NCBI GenBank assembly: GCA_964016885.1
Contig: OZ024742.1
Location: forward strand, 304,358,001-304,422,000
Length of the DNA: 64,000 bases
Source of the DNA: Eledone cirrhosa
Taxonomy: Eukaryota
Direction of reading: 5' to 3'
Shown here: one piece after another, positions 55,396 to 64,000 of the stretch
How positions within the stretch are numbered: position 1 is the first letter of the stretch
Layout: every line of letters starts with the position of its first letter
Notes under the pieces: generated by a model
What the model saw: the letters and a program-made list of their open reading frames with translations, nothing else
Told to the model about the DNA's origin: nothing
The model's database searches: none
Made by a program: the position numbers and the translations under genes

Positions 55396-55903
55396 TTGGA
55401 GGATATTCGTTCGGTCGTCACTTTCCTTCTATTTCTTTAAAATCTCTTCAAAGCAAAGATTCGTTGCTTAAACATTTAATCTGTAATATATAGTGTACCA
55501 TATTTCACAGAGCATTATATATATATACTTGTGTTCAAAACACGCCGAGGTTGACTTTGCCTTTCATCCTTACGGGGTCGATAAAATAAAGTACCAGTAA
55601 TGCACTGGATAATTCCTTGCCTTGTGCCTAAAGTAGAAACAATTATATATATATACTTTGAATACGTTGATTAATTTACATGGCCTATTGGATATAACTA
55701 TTGTTTAGTACTGCCTGCACCCATCTCCCAAACCGAATCTCTATCTTCATAGACTTCTTAATGCATTTATTTCAATGAAATATATACTTCAGGAATATTA
55801 TTGTTGCATCCGTCTATACAATGCTTTCATTGCTGTATACTTTCTATTTGTAGTAGTAAAATGATTAAACGTATAAATACTATATTAATATATATAATAT
55901 TAC

Positions 55904-55946
<43 letters not shown>

Positions 55947-56220
55947 CTAGCATTTGAATACAACGGGTTTTTTATTCTCCCCTTTATTTTATCCTTTCCT
56001 TTGCCTTTTCTTCTTTTCTTTATTTTCCTTCTTTTTTTTCTTCCCATCTTCCTTTTCAACTCCCCTTTTATATTTCTACCTTGCTTTACGTCCTCTTCTT
56101 CTCTGAGTTTGTCATATTATGTGTGGTATATACATGTTGAGGGTTGGTGAAATAAAACACTACCACTACAGGAATTGAATAATCAAAACCTTAGCCGTAT
56201 GTCGCATATCCAATCTCTCA

Positions 56221-56287
56221 TATATTTTATCTGATGAAAACGTACTGAAACACCATTGCACCTTTGAAATATGTATAATAAAATATA
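56221..56287 (+). ncRNA. Hammerhead motif in a ~250-bp non-coding element (56169-56420)
   Basis: TATATTTTAT-CTGATGA-...-GAAA-TATGTA-TA-ATAAAATATA; 10-bp stem I, weak stem II. Confidence 0.6.
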
Positions 56288-56416
56288 TATTTACGTTATG
56301 AGAAAATTTTTCATTTATTAATATTTTAAATACTCCAGATAAATAATGTTGAGTGCGTCTAATCTATCGTAAAATTGAATTCGTTGAATAATCAACGAAC
56401 CATGTAAATTTTTGGT

Positions 56417-56545
<129 letters not shown>

Positions 56546-56984
56546 ATTAAAATAACACATTAAAGCTTAAGCAAAGAATGGCTGCTTTCACCCCTAACGG
56601 GGTCTTCTGAAACTAAAAGAATCAATCTGTGAATGCAGAAGTAATTATTTCGAAAAACGTTGCAACCGAAGGAAAATATGAAGACGATATTTTGGTACGT
56701 GAAGACGTTCCCTGGAAATGAACAGAAAAAGGCGAAGATAATTACGTCGTTATGTGGAGCGATGAGAATAAAGACAAAACCATGTTAATGGTATAAATGA
56801 AGTCGTAGACTAATATTCTATTTAGGAAACCGAATGAATCTCGGTTTCAAAGTTAAGAAAAATCTAAATAAATTAGTAGAACGAATATGACAGAGGTTAT
56901 TAAAATCAATAAAAGTTAAATATAAACATACACTCCTCTATATACGTACATACCCGTGCATACGCGAAAATACCCGCCATGCAT

Positions 56985-57805
56985 ATAATATATAATATAA
57001 TATATAAAATAATATATAATATAATATATAATATAATATATAATATAATATATAATATAATATATAATATAATATATAATATATAATATAATATATAATA
57101 TAATATATAATATAATATATAATATAATATATAATATAATATATAATATAATATATAATATAATATATAATATAATATATAATATAATATATAATATAAT
57201 ATATAATATAATATATAATATAATATATAATATAATATATAATATAATATATAATATAATATATAATATAATATATAATATAATATATAATATAATATAT
57301 AATATAATATATAATATAATATATAATATAATATATAATATAATATATAATATAATATATAATATAATATATAATATAATATATAATATAATATATAATA
57401 TAATATATAATATAATATATAATATAATATATAATATAATATATAATATAATATATAATATAATATATAATATAATATATAATATAATATATAATATAAT
57501 ATATAATATAATATATAATATAATATATAATATAATATATAATATAATATATAATATAATATATAATATAATATATAATATAATATATAATATAATATAT
57601 AATATAATATATAATATAATATATAATATAATATATAATATAATATATAATATAATATATAATATAATATATAATATAATATATAATATAATATATAATA
57701 TAATATATAATATAATATATAATATAATATATAATATAATATATAATATAATATATAATATAATATATAATATAATATATAATATAATATATAATATAAT
57801 ATATA
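56985..57805. repeat. Homogeneous 12-bp AT satellite (AATATAATATAT)n
   Basis: About 820 bp; consecutive 60-nt lines are identical from 57121 to 57780. Confidence 0.98.
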
Positions 57806-58109
57806 CACCTATAACAAATACAAGCATATATACGTACGAGAATGTATACGTACCTTGACAAAACAAACGGCGGAGGTTACAGAACTTATCGGCCTTTTCC
57901 TTCTTTTCTCTGTCAAGGAAGAATTCCCCGCTATGCCCTTGAACAAGACACTTTTTCACGTTGCTCCATCTACCTGGAGTTGAGAATGATAGATAGTGTT
58001 AGCAATTAGAAAGACCAAGGGAAACATTGTCTTCTCGGTCCGATTTGACAAAAAGCGTTGGACTGTTGATATTTATATATATATATATATATGCATGTAT
58101 ATATATACA

Positions 58110-58160
58110 ACAGTTAGTTCACCATACCGAGAACAATTGTTCTCGGTATGGTGAACTAAC

Positions 58161-58163
<3 letters not shown>
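58110..58163. repeat. Perfect 54-bp palindrome inside (TA)n
   Basis: ACAGTTAGTTCACCATACCGAGAACAA|TTGTTCTCGGTATGGTGAACTAACTGT. Confidence 0.95.
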
Positions 58164-58202
<39 letters not shown>

Positions 58203-58240
58203 ATAATGATAATAAGAGCGCTGCGGAGTTGCAATTGGGT

Positions 58241-59603
<1,363 letters not shown>

Positions 59604-59874
59604 GGGATAACAAGTTATCGTTGTAGGTAATCCACTTGACTACTCTATCTAATGTACCCTATGGTAGATTTCGCATGTCACTTAATACATCTGTATCATA
59701 TCTGTTTGTTTACCATGCTTGTTTTATCACTATTTCTTACTTGTATTGATGTTATTGTTTTAATTATTCGCTATCTAACTAGTTTATTACTGATGTTATT
59801 GTTCTGGTCTAACACTACTCTCCTATAAAAGCCATGCCTTGCGTATCATCCTCGTATCCACGCACTCTGATGTA

Positions 59875-60138
59875 TCCAACTAACTTCTGGATCCCAGCCG
59901 ACAGGATGGAGATTACATTGCCCCAAAGATCGGCGAGGGAAACGCGCTGGAACAGCCACTACAACTCGCGTGCCTATCACCTGCTGGCGGTCCACTCCGC
60001 TGCGATAGTAGTGAGTAACAACGTCCTCAAGGAACCAAGAAAAACTGTAGTCTCCATAGCTACAGGCTCTACCACAACCCTATCAGAGAGCAGCCGATAC
60101 TTGGACAATTTGCCCTCTTCGGCTTGGCGGGCAGCATC
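59875..60138 (-). mobile_element. Inverted duplicate of the RLE-type fragment
   Basis: ORF 59977-60213(-) is almost identical to 55056-55292(+). Confidence 0.7.
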
Positions 60139-60256
60139 TATCCATCTAATGATCTCACTCTCACATTCTTTATATCTCTGTGTATTTACGTATATTTGTG
60201 CACACACATACACTCACACGAACACACACATACACTCACACGAACACACACATAGA

Positions 60257-60306
<50 letters not shown>

Positions 60307-60331
60307 TATATATATATGTGTGTGTGTTTGC

Positions 60332-60401
<70 letters not shown>

Positions 60402-60423
60402 CACACACATATATATATATATG

Positions 60424-60497
<74 letters not shown>

Positions 60498-61232
60498 CAT
60501 ACACATATATATATACATATATGTACATATATATACATTTATTTATTTAATTATTTATTTATTTATTCATATATATATATATGAGTCTGTGTGTGCGTTT
60601 GTGTGTGTTTGTGTGAGTGTATGTGTGTGCATAAATATACGTACATACACAGAGATATAAAGAATGTGAGAGTGAGATAATTAGATGAATAGATAGAGAG
60701 ATTGAAACGTGAAATTTATTATACTTTTATTATTTATCATTGCTTAAGTGTCCTAGAGTTATGAGCTCCCATGTGACTTTGTAATTCTGGGCAACCTACT
60801 TTTTACTCTAGTCATGAATTTAGTCTTTCTTTTTGTAAATAATTCATACTCAGAAACACACACGCACACACATACACAAACAGAGAGTATTACTCTGTGA
60901 AAGGCACAAGTAGATTTTAAGTTAAACACTTGACATTAATTTTTTTAATCCGAGATCCAATAAATGGCAGAGCTGTTTTGGTTGATAAATTTGAAGAAAT
61001 TTATTTGAATGTTTGAATGTTTCATTATGTCAGGTAAATTATATATGAATAGATGAAAAATTGTATTTATCAGGGCCCTGTGTGTTATTTATATTTATAC
61101 AGGCTCATTTTGTCACCATTACAAATAAAGTTATAGAATTATAATTCATAAATGTGGAAATTGCATAGAGCCTGCATAATGATACGTACGTGTTTATGTA
61201 GGCATATATTAAGACTATATAAATATATACTG

Positions 61233-61321
<89 letters not shown>

Positions 61322-61489
61322 AAAATAGTCAGGACCCCGACGGCTGAGCTCCGGCCGCTTCGACAGCTAGATCCGAACTAAGTTAGTTCGGATCTCTTTA
61401 ACCACTCTTCTAACCTAAGTACTCTGGGGCGTTATGGTCCACCTTACCAGACCTTCCTTGTTATATATGTGTGTATATATATATATATG

Positions 61490-61572
<83 letters not shown>

Positions 61573-61659
61573 CGAAGGAATTGTGGTAAGGAACCAGGTG
61601 GACCATAACGCACCAAAGTACTCAATACTTACGGCTTTGCCTTAGGGGTCATACTTGTT

Positions 61660-61718
<59 letters not shown>

Positions 61719-62158
61719 ACATAAAAACAGTAGGCGGGCCTGGAAACTTTCTTTAAAATATTAATTCGGGATGGTTTGTCGTTACGATAACCCCGAGTTG
61801 TAGGCAACCCAAATATATCCTCTATTTTCTATTCTCTGTTTGTGTTCCATGTAATAATAATAATTCTGCAATGAACACCTGATGAAATCGCCAAAGTCTT
61901 GCATCATGATCGGATGATGAAACTGGGCCGTTGAAATATGTATAGAGTTTTCGCGGGATTAAAATTTTAAAAAGTTTCCTGTCCAGCCTTCTGTTGTTTT
62001 TAATGAATACGTAACTCGGTCTCTGCATCAGCCAGGGAACACTACATCTACGATGGAGGGTTTGCATAAGGCCCTCGGCCTTATGCTTTAATTTATTGCA
62101 TCATCGTTTACTAATCGGAATCACCAGTTCTATCAATTAATAAACAACTGAACATGAA

Positions 62159-62221
<63 letters not shown>

Positions 62222-62226
62222 ATATC

Positions 62227-62258
<32 letters not shown>

Positions 62259-62363
62259 CGTTTGTGTGTGTGTGTGTGTGTATAGATAGAGAAGAGATAG
62301 TTAGATGTATAGATAGATACATAGAGAGAGTGTGGGAGAGAGAGGGAAGGAGAGAGAGAGAGA

Positions 62364-62473
<110 letters not shown>

Positions 62474-62849
62474 TGTGTGAGAGCGAAATAGAGAGAGAGT
62501 AGAGATACAGCAATATAAGTTTTCATTAAAAATCCACGTTCAATATACTTCGATTCTAACAGTACCTCCTTAGATACATAACACCTTATCACTTATACAC
62601 ACTTAGAATATCATAATTCACAAACATTTTGGCATAGAAATTCCTATAATTACAGATCTAAGTTTATATAAATATATATATACAAATACAGACACAGGTA
62701 TGTTGTTTACTAATATATATATACTGTCGAAATGCCGGAGCTCAGCCGTCGGGGTCCTGACACATTTCGTATTACCCACTCTACTACGCCAAATATTGAG
62801 TACTCTGGTGCGTTATGGTCCACCTGGTATCTTACCACACCCAATTTGT

Positions 62850-62880
<31 letters not shown>

Positions 62881-63347
62881 GTGTGTATAAATATACATAT
62901 ATATATTATATATATCGTACTGAATTTGCTTTGATCTTTTTATTTATTTACTTTTTGCATGGCACACACAAACACTCACACACATATTTCTCTGCCATAT
63001 ATATGTATATATATATATTTCTTTATTAAAATAACAGATTAAAGTTTAAGCAAAGAATCGCTGCTTTCACCCTTATATATAATGAATTTTCTTAGGAATA
63101 AGCATGATGTAAGAACGTTATTTACCAGTAATACACTGGGATCATTGCTGACCTTGTGCCTAAAGTAGAAACAGTTATTTACCTATGATGTCTTATACAA
63201 TTATTTCACATGTGGATATATATGTCCGAAGACTATTACGAACTTATTCTACAAATACAGAACGGGAAAACATTTACTTAACACACATAGATATAAGCAG
63301 GCACATACAATATATATACGCATACACACACTCACCCACCCTCCCCA

Positions 63348-63434
<87 letters not shown>

Positions 63435-63482
63435 CAGGAATTGAACTTTCAAGATCGTTGAGGTATGTCATATATCAATTCA

Positions 63483-63551
63483 TGTATTTTATCTGACGAG
63501 GACGTACTGAAAAAACCCCACAGAACCTTCGAAATATATATAATAAAACAT
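63483..63551 (+). ncRNA. Hammerhead motif, same family as 56221 (element ~63433-63690)
   Basis: TGTATTTTAT-CTGACGA-GGA...TTC-GAAA-TATATA-TA-ATAAAACAT; palindromic stem III ATATATAT; element lies within (TA)n. Confidence 0.65.
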
Positions 63552-63777
63552 ATATTTTGATTATGTGAATGTCTTCATTTATTATTATTCGGAATAGTAA
63601 TAACTCCGGAAAACTTGACTGTAGAGTGCTTTTAATCTATTGTAAAACTATATTCATTGAGTAATCAATGAACCATATTAAACTTTGGATATATATGTAT
63701 ATATATATATATATATATATTTATTTTTATATATGTGTGTGTGTGTGTATATGTGCATGTACATATATATGTATATA

Positions 63778-63864
<87 letters not shown>

Positions 63865-64000
63865 ATAACATTTAGAAAGATGCTGATATTACATAAATAT
63901 ACACATACCAAATAAGGTGCAAGAGGTGTTTGCATATTTGTGGTATACTTCCCTAAATATATCTGAGATTCTACGTATATGTGTTTATAAGTATTTCTAT

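Noticed and set aside
56906-57959. 300-347 aa ILYY/YII ORFs
   Set aside because: These are translations of the 12-bp AT satellite, not genes. The same applies to the many YI, CV and HT ORFs from dinucleotide repeats.
61878-61935. CTGATGA...GAAAC hammerhead-like spacing
   Set aside because: There is no stem I complementarity and stem III is poor; likely chance.

Overview
AT-rich animal genomic DNA saturated with (TA)n/(TG)n microsatellites. The abundant tRNA-derived SINE and overall composition suggest Octopus or another coleoid cephalopod (inference). No host gene is confidently recognisable; almost all listed ORFs are microsatellite artefacts. The real content is a community of Penelope-like retroelements (PLEs): five coding remnants, the largest a nearly intact RT + GIY-YIG copy at about 9.1-14.1 kb, plus many short non-coding derivatives inserted in (TA)n tracts. 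Reading both strands by eye gives about 15 hammerhead-ribozyme (HHR) motifs from roughly 8 families. These include two families with a compensated U3-A8 core, several with long or branched stem-II insertions, and tandem retrozyme-like units. Most insertions share one architecture: two copies of the element 3' end in inverted orientation, both facing outward into (TA)n. Also present are SINEs, mariner remnants, an inverted-duplicated RLE-type non-LTR fragment and a homogeneous 12-bp AT satellite. All structures were read manually, so element boundaries are approximate.
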